Shown: piece after piece, positions 27,789 to 35,884 of the stretch
Layout: the number at the start of each line of letters is the position of its first letter
Position numbering within the stretch: position 1 is the first letter of the stretch
NCBI GenBank assembly: GCA_965214945.1
Contig: OZ244029.1
Location: forward strand, 125,256-189,255
DNA length: 64,000 nt
DNA from: Acidimicrobiales bacterium
GTDB lineage: Bacteria; Actinomycetota; Acidimicrobiia; Acidimicrobiales; Aldehydirespiratoraceae
Direction of reading: 5' to 3'
The notes under the pieces: model-generated
What the model was told of the DNA's origin: nothing
What the model saw: the letters and a program-made list of their open reading frames with translations, nothing else
Database searches by the model: none
Translations under genes and position numbers: made by a program

Positions 27789-29030
27789 GTGGACACGCCC
27801 GCGCCGGTGACCGACTGGGCTTGCGATTTCGACCATGCCCACCCCGACTACGCCGCCCGCGCTCCGAAGATATGGGACGAGCTGCGCGGGTCGTGCCCGG
27901 TGGCGCACACCGACCGCTACGGCGGTGCCTGGCTGCCGGTGCGACACGCCGACGTGGCCGCCATCGCAGCTGACACGTCCGTGTTCAGCTCTCAGGGCGT
28001 GGTGGTGCAGGACGGCCGTCCCGAGATCCCCGCGCCCGTGGGCTTGGCACCGCCGATCACCAGCGACCCGCCGTTTCACCGCACCGCGCGCGAGTTTCTG
28101 CTGACCGCGTTCGCTCCCAAAGCGATCGAGAGGCGACGCGCCAGAACCAGGGAGGTGTGCCGCGAGCTGCTCGACGGCCTGCTGGCGCCGTCGACGCAGA
28201 AGGGCTGCGCGCACAGCGGCGAGCGTGCCGGCGGACAGACGGTAGTGGACGCCGCTGTCGGCTACGCGCAGCACATCCCCGTCCAGGTGATCGCCGACCT
28301 GCTGGGCGTTCCGGAATCCGATGGCGATCAGTTCAGGGTGTTCATCCGGCGCATCATGGAGAACCCCGGCGCTGAAGCGGAAGTGGCCTATGAGGATTCC
28401 ATCGACGCCTACCTCGACACGCTGATCTCCGCACGAGCCGAAGACCCCCACGATGATTTGATCACCCATATGGTTCGCTCTGAGATCAACGGCGAGCCGC
28501 TTACGCATCAACACATCCGAGGCACCTGCGCACTGCTGCTGATCGCAGGTATCGACACCACCTGGTCGGCCATTGGCGCCAGCCTCTGGCATCTGGCGCA
28601 GAGCCCGCAAGACCGGCGGCGCTGGCTGGATGATCCGTCGGTGCGCCCGTTCGCGGTGGAGGAGTTCCTGCGCTTCTACGCGCCGGTGACGATGGCCCGC
28701 ATCGTGGCCTCCGACACCGAGTTCTCGGGCCGCTCGATGCGCGCCGGCGATTGGGTGCTGCTGCCGTTCCCCGCTGCCAACCGCGACCCCAAAGCCTTCG
28801 AGGACGCTGACCGCTTCGTGATCGACCGCCGGCGCAACCGCCACAGCGCCTTCGGCCTCGGGATCCACCGTTGCATCGGCTCGAACCTGGCCCGCTTAGA
28901 GCTGAGCGTGGCCCTCGAGGAGTGGATGGCCCGCATCCCGGACTTCGAACTGGCCGATCCGGACGCGGTGCGTTGGTCCACTGGTCAGATCCGCGGCCCG
29001 CGGCGCCTGCCGGTGCGGATCCCGGCCTGA
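27789..29030 (+). CDS. cytochrome P450
   Basis: I-helix LLLIAGIDTTW, ExxR, and heme loop FGLGIHRCIGSNLA. Confidence 0.9.
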   Translation: MDTPAPVTDWACDFDHAHPDYAARAPKIWDELRGSCPVAHTDRYGGAWLPVRHADVAAIAADTSVFSSQGVVVQDGRPEIPAPVGLAPPITSDPPFHRTAREFLLTAFAPKAIERRRARTREVCRELLDGLLAPSTQKGCAHSGERAGGQTVVDAAVGYAQHIPVQVIADLLGVPESDGDQFRVFIRRIMENPGAEAEVAYEDSIDAYLDTLISARAEDPHDDLITHMVRSEINGEPLTHQHIRGTCALLLIAGIDTTWSAIGASLWHLAQSPQDRRRWLDDPSVRPFAVEEFLRFYAPVTMARIVASDTEFSGRSMRAGDWVLLPFPAANRDPKAFEDADRFVIDRRRNRHSAFGLGIHRCIGSNLARLELSVALEEWMARIPDFELADPDAVRWSTGQIRGPRRLPVRIPA

Positions 29031-29068
29031 GACTGTTAGTCCTCGCGGGCAGCCGAGCTTGAGCCGAG

Positions 29069-30151
29069 ATGAGGCTGCTGAAGCTCTCCGACGTTGACGC
29101 GTTCGTCGCGGTCGACTTGGAAAACGCCGAGTCCGCCACCGGCCCGGTGCGTTGGGCCAAGCGGATACTCCAGAGCGGGGCGAAAGACCTGGCCCGGTCG
29201 CAGACCTACACCTACGCGGCGCTGGGGATGCGGCTTGGGGGTGCATCAGCTGGGATTAGTGCCCCGCCTCCCGGCCGCTCCGCCGCTGTTGAGGCCTTCG
29301 TTGAGGAGGTAACGAAGCTAGCCGCCGACCGCGTGTACTTCCCGGACGCTGCCAAGGGAGTCGACGAGGACGACTTGGCACCGCTGCGGCCTCTCGACCC
29401 TCGCAACGTCGCCCGCCTGGACGCATTCGCCTCGGCCTGCGACGCGCTCACCGCGGCGTCGGCTGCGGACGCTGCGATCGGCGGGCTCGACGGCCGCCGC
29501 GTGGCGGTCGAGGGCTTCGGCGCGCCGGGCTCGGCGGACGCCGGAGCGCTGGCCGCTGAGATCGCCGAGCGCGGCGGGATCATCTCGTGCATCTCCGCCG
29601 AGAGCGGCACCCTCGCAGCAGAAAGCGGGCGGGGTCGTCCGGGCGACGGCCTCGACCCGGCCGCGCTGGCGGACGCCTACAACGCTCACGGCTACGGTGC
29701 CGTGGCCGTGCTGGCTGACGATCTCGGGCGCGACCTGGCACCCGCCGAGGCGATCTGGCACCGCGGTGCCGAAGTGGTCTTCGCCGGCTCGAAGATGGGC
29801 GCGGCCAACCATCACGCAGTTGAAAGGCTGGTCGCCGCGGGCGGATGCCGGGCTTTGATCCCCTCAGGCCGGCTGGCGCTTACGGCCAAGGCGCTGGCCG
29901 TGAGTCGCCGCAACGGCATTGTGGCCGTGCCGGACTTCGTGGCTCTGGCCGGGGGCAGCCTCGCAGCGTGGGGCGACCCGGCGCTCGGCGATGCGGAATT
30001 CCGCTCTCAGGCCGCCGACACGGTGAGCGCGCTCATGGCCGACGCGCTCGCCAGCGAAGACGGCGCCTTCCTAGGCGGGTGCTACGCGGCAGAGTCGTTC
30101 CTGTCTACATGGCAGGATGAGCTGCCTTTCGGCCGCCCGCTCGCTCCCTGA
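29069..30151 (+). CDS. Glu/Leu/Phe/Val dehydrogenase-family homologue, probably catalytically inactive
   Basis: Aligns by eye to LeuDH: LARSQTYTYAALGMRLGGASAGIS versus [24 protein letters not shown], and GIVAVPDFVALAGGS versus GIVYAPDYVINAGG. Both catalytic Lys positions are replaced (T and S), and the Rossmann motif is degenerate (GFGAPGS). Confidence 0.5.
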   Translation: MRLLKLSDVDAFVAVDLENAESATGPVRWAKRILQSGAKDLARSQTYTYAALGMRLGGASAGISAPPPGRSAAVEAFVEEVTKLAADRVYFPDAAKGVDEDDLAPLRPLDPRNVARLDAFASACDALTAASAADAAIGGLDGRRVAVEGFGAPGSADAGALAAEIAERGGIISCISAESGTLAAESGRGRPGDGLDPAALADAYNAHGYGAVAVLADDLGRDLAPAEAIWHRGAEVVFAGSKMGAANHHAVERLVAAGGCRALIPSGRLALTAKALAVSRRNGIVAVPDFVALAGGSLAAWGDPALGDAEFRSQAADTVSALMADALASEDGAFLGGCYAAESFLSTWQDELPFGRPLAP

Positions 30152-30283
30152 ACGGCCCCGGCCGCCGCTGGACGTCGACAGCCTCGGCGGCGCGGACTGG
30201 TATTCCTGGCCGCTGCCGCCGCTTGCAGAAGTGCCCGGCGTCGTCGGCGCGCCGATATGGGTGCCGTTACGCTGAACTCACCA

Positions 30284-30357
30284 GGGGCTGTAGCTCAGTT
30301 GGCCAGAGCACCTGCTTTGCAAGCAGGGGGTCGTCGGTTCGATTCCGATCAGCTCCA
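30284..30357 (+). tRNA. tRNA-Ala (anticodon UGC)
   Basis: Acceptor GGGGCTG pairs with CAGCTCC and includes the G3:U70 pair. The anticodon loop is TTTGCAA and the T-loop is GGTTCGATTCC. Confidence 0.9.
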
Positions 30358-30430
30358 CCCACTTCAGGATCTTCGCATGTCTGCCGTTTGGAGCCTCACC
30401 GAGTTTGCGAGGGGTGCCTAAGGAGCCGTC

Positions 30431-30904
30431 TCAGTTGATGGCGAGACTCGCCAGGATGCGGTTGGCCTCAGCCGTGAGGAGGCCGCGCAGCACGCGCGAT
30501 CCGATCACTGTGTAGAGGCAAAATGCACGGGGCCCCACCCGGAAGAAGCGCTGCAGACCGCACTGTCCCGCAATTCGCCGGATCAGCTGATCGGCGCTGA
30601 AGTCATCGGCGCGCAGCGGAACCGGGATCCCGGACGACGAGAAGAGCTGCCGGCTCGTGGAGGCCCGGTCGAACTCGATGAGAGCGATGAACACCCCGCC
30701 GCGCCCCATCGTCTCAACCGTCGATGGCCCGTAGTCGTCCCGGTCGGCCGGCAGCGCGAAATTGGCTGCGTGCAGCACCACCCTCGGCAACGATGAAGGC
30801 CGCAAGACGGGGTCGATAGAGGACGGGTCTTCCTGGACGTGCATCTCGGCCTCCCAGCCGTCCGGCACGCCGATGCTCACTCCGTGCGACGACAGCCGAT
30901 CCAC
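30431..30904 (-). CDS. hypothetical protein; last gene of the mau-like operon
   Basis: 157 aa with no signal peptide and no recognisable motif. It starts 1 nt after the upstream stop. Confidence 0.5.
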   Translation of the reverse strand: MDRLSSHGVSIGVPDGWEAEMHVQEDPSSIDPVLRPSSLPRVVLHAANFALPADRDDYGPSTVETMGRGGVFIALIEFDRASTSRQLFSSSGIPVPLRADDFSADQLIRRIAGQCGLQRFFRVGPRAFCLYTVIGSRVLRGLLTAEANRILASLAIN

Positions 30905-30905
30905 G

Positions 30906-31502
30906 TCACGAGCCCAGCAGAGTCAGAACCGCAGCCGCGCTCAGGGCAGCGGCCGCTGCGGCGCACCAGCGGCGGGCGCGGACGTCCAGCGCGTCGAGGC
31001 GGCGGTGCAGCCGCCTCAGGTCGTCGGGGGTGCGCACCCCTCTGCTGGCCGTGACGCTAAGTCCTCGCACGATGCCAAAGGCTGCGCCGATCGCCAGTCC
31101 GGCCAGCGTGTCGCTGGACAGCAGCGCAGCCAGCGCGAACAGCGGCACCAGAGCGGTGTTCACCACAGTCGCGAACGCCGCGCCGAGCTGAATACCGAAG
31201 CCGAGTCCGTACACCCACGACCGGAAGCCCGAGAGCCAGTCCTCGTTCACTTGGCGGCGACCCGGCAGACGCTGCCCGGTCAGCTCCCAGACCGCAGCAG
31301 CTGCCGCCGCTGCGGCGAGCGCTGCGATCCGATATGGCCGCTCGCCGGCAGCGCCTGTTGATCCAAGCAGCTCCCCGAGCACACCCAGGCCGGCGCCAAG
31401 CGCCGCTCCGCCGCAGGCGGCTCCGAGAGTGACCCAGATCACGGTTATCGGCCAGCGGTTTCGGCGAGCCCGCTCTCCGAGCGGGCTGATGCTGGTGAGC
31501 AT
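30906..31502 (-). CDS. hypothetical polytopic membrane protein (about 4 TM)
   Basis: 198 aa with Ala/Gly/Leu-rich TM segments. It lies in the operon with the MauD/MauE-like genes. No family recognised. Confidence 0.55.
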   Translation of the reverse strand: MLTSISPLGERARRNRWPITVIWVTLGAACGGAALGAGLGVLGELLGSTGAAGERPYRIAALAAAAAAAAVWELTGQRLPGRRQVNEDWLSGFRSWVYGLGFGIQLGAAFATVVNTALVPLFALAALLSSDTLAGLAIGAAFGIVRGLSVTASRGVRTPDDLRRLHRRLDALDVRARRWCAAAAAALSAAAVLTLLGS

Positions 31503-31590
31503 CGAGGTGCCTCAAGGAGACCACGCGGAGCGGGCACCCGCGGCGACCGCCGCAGCCACGCCGATGGCGATCACGGCCGTCACGGTCAGC

Positions 31591-32397
31591 TCACAGATCA
31601 GACGAGCCGGCCGCGCCGCCCGAAGAGATGTCCGACGAGCCGGCCACGGGCGCCGAGTCTTCATCGGAGACACCGTCGGGGTAGAGGCTCGGGTGGCCGG
31701 GACCGACGCCGGATGACCGCAGAGCTTCATCAGCGCGGCGCCCGCGGCGCCGGCTCGAAGCGCCGAATCGGCCCTTGCGCTTGTGCGCCGGCATAGCGCC
31801 GTCTGCGACCGCCTGGCCTAGCAGTCCGCGCATCTGCTCCCAGTCGGCGGCGGTCCCCGCTCCGATGACCGTGCTGGCGGCACCGTCAACGAGCACGAAG
31901 TATGGCGAGCCGGGAACGTCGTAGTCCTGCCAAGCGGCGCTCGACAGCACCGCTTTCACCCCGGGCGGGACGAGCGCGGCCAGCGCCGACTCGGAATCGT
32001 GGGCCGGGTCCTGCCCGACGATCACCAGCCGGGTGCCGGGCACGGGCATCGCCAAGTCGGGCGAGGCGAACGCCTCCCAGAAACTGCGGCATGTGCGGCA
32101 CCCCGACGACAGAAAAGCCAGCAGAGTCACGCGGCCCGCTCCGATGACGCTCACCTTGGCAGGCCCTCCGCCGGGCCGAGCGCCGACGATGTCACGCGCC
32201 TTTCGGCCGGCTGCAGCCGGCTCAGACCCTCGGAGGTTGTCGCGCTCTGCGCCGTATGCCGCCGTCTCGCTATCGAGGCCGGCGCCGAGCCGGTGCAGCG
32301 CACGCAGGATCTCAGCGTGGGTTCTGAGCAAGCCGAACACCAGCACCGCCAGCACGCCGACGGCTACAGCCAGTACTGCGACGGCGACGGCTATCAC
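31591..32397 (-). CDS. membrane-anchored thioredoxin-fold protein with CxxC (MauD/TlpA-like)
   Basis: N-terminal TM helix IAVAVAVLAVAVGVLAVLVFGLL and a Trx motif LLAFLSSGCRTCRSFW. The GTG start overlaps the upstream stop as GTGA at 32394-32397. Confidence 0.7.
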   Translation of the reverse strand: MIAVAVAVLAVAVGVLAVLVFGLLRTHAEILRALHRLGAGLDSETAAYGAERDNLRGSEPAAAGRKARDIVGARPGGGPAKVSVIGAGRVTLLAFLSSGCRTCRSFWEAFASPDLAMPVPGTRLVIVGQDPAHDSESALAALVPPGVKAVLSSAAWQDYDVPGSPYFVLVDGAASTVIGAGTAADWEQMRGLLGQAVADGAMPAHKRKGRFGASSRRRGRRADEALRSSGVGPGHPSLYPDGVSDEDSAPVAGSSDISSGGAAGSSDL

Positions 32398-33599
32398 GTC
32401 GGCGTGTGCCGTTCGGGCCCGGGCCGTGGCGTCGTGTGGCGGATGCCGGCCGCGGGCCGCCGGGTCAGGTGGTAGCGATGCATCATGTGCGCCGCCTGCC
32501 CGCGGCTCACCGTTTGGTTCGCCCAGGAACTCACCGAGGACGACAGCCGAACGATGCCGTTTGACATCGCCCAGTGCAGGGCGGTCTGTTGCGTTCCGTG
32601 CTCGGTGATGTCGCCTCGGCGCGGGTGTGTTAGCACCGGCGGCGACCCCGCGAGCCGATACAGCAAGACAACCGCGTGCGCTTGAGTCAGTGCTGACTGA
32701 GGTTGGAACCTGCGGTTGGGCGGACGTGCGGCGATGCCCTGCTCGGCCATCCAGTCCACAGCTCTGGCATGGTCCGACCCGTCCGGCACATCGCTGAAGT
32801 AACCGGAACTCGCCGGTCGGGGCCTGCCCTCATAGCGCCAAACGAAGCTCGCGAACTGGCCGCGTCCGATCGGCTCGTCCGGCCCGAACAGGTCGTCCGT
32901 TAGGCCCTTCGTTATGCCCTCTGCGGTCATCCAGTCCACCGACTCGGCGTAGAAGGCTCTGGGAGGCACGTCGGTGAACCCCGTGTGCAGGCAGCGGCGG
33001 TCGTGCAGGCGCGTTGATGGGCTTCGCAACACCGGAGCGGGCTGGCATTCGGGATCCCACTGCCAGGGCGGCACGCACGTGACCACCCGGCATCTAACCG
33101 CGCCCACGCAAATGTCCTGGTTGCACTGGCCGTAGCGGAACCTGGAGCAGTCCACCTTGCGGGAGTCGCAGCCGTGGGGGCATTCGCACTTGGCTTTGGT
33201 GCACGACTTGGAGCACATTCCCTGAGAGGTGCACGCGCAGCCGGGATCGCATTCGAGGTTGCAGTCCAGGTAGTAGCGCGGGCGCGGCTCGTCGATCGAA
33301 CAGAACTTCGAGTCGTCCACCTTCCACCAGCCGGCCACGACAGTTCCGGGCGGGCAGGTGTTCTCCCCGGTGAGCGTGCAGCAGAACTCGGTCCAGTCGT
33401 CGCAGCACAGCGAGGAGCGATCGCACCGAATCCCTCGGCAGAGGCGTATTGCGGCCTCAGCAGTGATGGGCCGAACCGCGAACGCGACCGGTGCGAAGGC
33501 CATCGCCGTGGCCGTGATCGCGGAGGTGCGAAGAAACCCGCGGCGCGAGGCGTGACGGTCGACGAGGCGTGATAGCCGTGCGACGAGGCGGCGGCTCAC
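32394..33599 (-). CDS. Tat-exported Cys-rich protein (methylamine dehydrogenase light-chain-like domain) with three C-terminal SLH repeats
   Basis: The chosen GTG start at 33597-33599 overlaps the MauE-like stop as GTGA. The Tat signal is HASRRGFLRTSAITATAMAFAPVAFA. About 24 Cys occur in roughly 150 aa, including CCTLTGENTCPPGTVVAGWW (compare MauA NCPPGT...SW). The SLH repeats are FTDVPPRAFYAESVDWMTAEGITKG...F.P, FSDVPDGSDHARAVDWMAEQGIA, and a degenerate third. Confidence 0.65.
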   Translation of the reverse strand: MSRRLVARLSRLVDRHASRRGFLRTSAITATAMAFAPVAFAVRPITAEAAIRLCRGIRCDRSSLCCDDWTEFCCTLTGENTCPPGTVVAGWWKVDDSKFCSIDEPRPRYYLDCNLECDPGCACTSQGMCSKSCTKAKCECPHGCDSRKVDCSRFRYGQCNQDICVGAVRCRVVTCVPPWQWDPECQPAPVLRSPSTRLHDRRCLHTGFTDVPPRAFYAESVDWMTAEGITKGLTDDLFGPDEPIGRGQFASFVWRYEGRPRPASSGYFSDVPDGSDHARAVDWMAEQGIAARPPNRRFQPQSALTQAHAVVLLYRLAGSPPVLTHPRRGDITEHGTQQTALHWAMSNGIVRLSSSVSSWANQTVSRGQAAHMMHRYHLTRRPAAGIRHTTPRPGPERHTPT

Positions 33600-34312
33600 C
33601 CGTGTTTCCCGGCAGGTTGAAGCGGGGCTGCGAGGTGCCGCATCGAGCCCGGTGCCGCATCGAACACGGCGACTTGAGAACCGGGGGCCGAGCGCGCGCG
33701 CAGCGCCTCGGGCAGAGCCGTGAACGCCACGAAGATGAGCCCCGCCAGCACCAAAGCAGCCAGCGCCAGCGCCACGGCGGTCACAGGTTGGGTACTGCCG
33801 ACGGCCGTGACGACCTCGGCCGGTGACTTGCCGGTTCCGGTCGCTGCGGCCAGCGACACTGCGGCGCAGCAGACGTTTCCCACGATGTGAATGCGCGACG
33901 GAGGTGTGTCCGCAAGGCCGAAACATCCGCAAGACTCAGCACCGGCCTGCAATGAGCGCGCCACCACGGCAGCGAAGCACAGATAGAGCGCTCCGACCGC
34001 TGCCGACACGAGGCCTCCCTCAGCTATGGCGCCGACGCCGACGATCACCTCAGAGCAACCCAGTGCCCGCACCGGGCCGGTGATGAATGAGGTACCCGCA
34101 CCTTCGGCCTTGCGGCGGCCTCCGCGCGGGTCGAGCCGATGCGTCAGCGCGCCCAGAAGACGGGCAGTCGACAGCGGCCGCGCCAGCTTCGCCGCGCCAG
34201 CGGCGATCAGCAGCAAAGCGGCTGCCCCGTGAAGCGACACGACAAGTTCCACGGACGGCGATGGTAATGTCGGCAGCGCCCCACGCGAAGCGGGCAGCCG
34301 CAGGCGAGCCAA
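33596..34312 (-). CDS. MauE/DoxX-like membrane protein
   Basis: Polytopic, with the MauE-type motif SCGCFG between TM helices. The TTG start at 34312 is uncertain, and a downstream GTG at VELVV is possible. Confidence 0.65.
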   Translation of the reverse strand: MARLRLPASRGALPTLPSPSVELVVSLHGAAALLLIAAGAAKLARPLSTARLLGALTHRLDPRGGRRKAEGAGTSFITGPVRALGCSEVIVGVGAIAEGGLVSAAVGALYLCFAAVVARSLQAGAESCGCFGLADTPPSRIHIVGNVCCAAVSLAAATGTGKSPAEVVTAVGSTQPVTAVALALAALVLAGLIFVAFTALPEALRARSAPGSQVAVFDAAPGSMRHLAAPLQPAGKHG

Positions 34313-34318
34313 TACCGC

Positions 34319-34356
34319 GTCACTATGCAGTCAGTCGGCCGTCACTATGCAGTCAG
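34319..34356. repeat. 16-nt duplication gtcactatgcagtcag, spacer tcggcc, gtcactatgcagtcag; the second copy holds the stop codon of the truncated PIN gene
   Basis: Copies are at 34319-34334 and 34341-34356. The stop is cta at 34345-34347. Confidence 0.9.
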
Positions 34357-34527
34357 CTGGCGAACCGCTTTCGCGAATTCGGGAACACCTGACTTGTTAC
34401 GGGATAACTCCTTCAAAATATCATCTGACCAAAGTGCACGGTAGAGGCCAAGTTCAGCGAGACGAAGAAGGGAGTCACGCAGAATTGCCGGGTATAGAAC
34501 ACATGTGTCAAGAAGGACGGCGAACAC
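34345..34527 (-). pseudogene. PIN-domain toxin, N-terminal ~60 aa only (truncated)
   Basis: [41 protein letters not shown] matches the N-terminal third of PIN_3-type toxins, with the first acidic residue in LLDT. The remaining catalytic residues are absent. Confidence 0.5.
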
Positions 34528-34539
34528 CGTTCGGCCTGT

Positions 34540-34842
34540 TCAGCGGGTTAGCTTAGGAGATGCCGTCTTGTGATACATCCCGCTTTGTTCGGCGATCTCA
34601 ACCATTCTCGCCAAAGATGCTCGACGCCGAGCAGAAATCCGTTGGCCAAGATCAATAACATCAGCCAAACGGATCTTGCGGTGGCGTTCCGACCGTTCGA
34701 AGTCAATCTCATCTGAATCCACCAGACTTACGAGCGAGGAACGACTGATTCCCAGAAAGTCGGCTGCTTGTTGTGTGGTGAGAAGTGTCTCCTGCGTAGA
34801 TTCACTTGGCGGAGCCTCACGTTCAAGCGTTGATGAACTCAT
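34540..34842 (-). CDS. excisionase/MerR-like helix-turn-helix DNA-binding protein (putative antitoxin)
   Basis: LLTTQQAADFLGISRSSLVSLV is an HTH motif. The gene lies directly upstream of the PIN fragment in a visibly AT-richer stretch. Confidence 0.65.
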   Translation of the reverse strand: MSSSTLEREAPPSESTQETLLTTQQAADFLGISRSSLVSLVDSDEIDFERSERHRKIRLADVIDLGQRISARRRASLARMVEIAEQSGMYHKTASPKLTR

Positions 34843-34929
34843 GACGGTCTCCTTTCTCCTGGATGAGTGTAGGTTATACTTGCAGTGGGCTGAGGTTTAT
34901 GGTTGTCTGGCCCGAATCGGTATGGCGTA

Positions 34930-35802
34930 CTAGATGCCGGGGGTGCGGTAGCCGTCTTCGCGCCACAGGATCGGGAAGTAGTTCTCGTCCATCTCGTCGT
35001 CGGTGAGGCGGGCGTAGCGGGTGTACACGGGGCCGTTGCCGCTGCCGAAGCCGGCCCGGTTGAACTTGGCCTCGCTGCTGGCGCAGTGCAGCACCAGCGC
35101 CCGGCGGTGGGCGTCGGTGCGGTTAGGGCCCGAGCCGTGCCACGTCCAGCCGTGATGAAAGGCCCCGCTCCCGGCCGCAACCTCCACGGCCACTAGGTCG
35201 AGGGCGGCACCCGCCGCGGTTGCCGCCGTCGACACCGTCGCCCGGTAGTCGTCTGGGGCGTGGAATTCCGCCGCCGGATCGTAGCCGGTGGGCCAGCGGT
35301 GCGAGCCGCGGGCCACCTCCAGCGTCCCGCCGGCCGAAGTCGTGTTATCCAGCGCGATCCAGCACGAGCACATCTCCTGCGGCGCATACCAGGCCAGGTA
35401 TGCATTGTCGCGGTGAAAGCCCAGCGAGCGGGCACCCGGCGGCTTCCACAGCAGGTTGTCCTGGACGACACGCGCGCCCGGCCAGCCCGCCAGCAAGGCC
35501 AGCGCCCGCCCGAGGCTGGCGTTGAGCACCGTCTCGGCTATGAGCCGGTCGGCTTTCCAGCCGTTGCAGATCTGACGGGTCAGCGTCTCGTCGCTAAGGC
35601 CTTGCTGCCAGTTGACCTCGTCGGGCGCGATGCCGGTCTCGAACTCGCCAGCGAAGAGCCGCCCGAAACGCTCCCGCAGAGCCTCCACCGTATCCGGCGC
35701 CAGCAGCGGGCCGACCACGGCGAAACCGTCCGCATCGAAACGGGCTTTGGTCTCGCCGCTGATCACAGCGGAGCGCTCTCCGCCGGGTCCGTCCGACCGC
35801 AT
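34930..35802 (-). CDS. phytanoyl-CoA dioxygenase (PhyH) family Fe(II)/2-oxoglutarate oxygenase
   Basis: GFHRDNAY (HxD), WIALDNTT..GGTLEV, and HHGWTWHGSGPNRT. Confidence 0.8.
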   Translation of the reverse strand: MRSDGPGGERSAVISGETKARFDADGFAVVGPLLAPDTVEALRERFGRLFAGEFETGIAPDEVNWQQGLSDETLTRQICNGWKADRLIAETVLNASLGRALALLAGWPGARVVQDNLLWKPPGARSLGFHRDNAYLAWYAPQEMCSCWIALDNTTSAGGTLEVARGSHRWPTGYDPAAEFHAPDDYRATVSTAATAAGAALDLVAVEVAAGSGAFHHGWTWHGSGPNRTDAHRRALVLHCASSEAKFNRAGFGSGNGPVYTRYARLTDDEMDENYFPILWREDGYRTPGI

Positions 35803-35884
35803 CTCGCTGGGGTCAGGGGGCCGGCCTGCGCTCCCGGCCCCTGGCTCAGCCGCAGGCCGGCACGTTCGTCAGGCCGCGGCCCGT

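Noticed and set aside
25891-28868. Two long minus-strand ORFs (386 aa and 613 aa)
   Set aside because: They are antisense to prfC and the P450, both of which have unambiguous motifs. The ORFs have no motifs of their own and a shadow-ORF composition.
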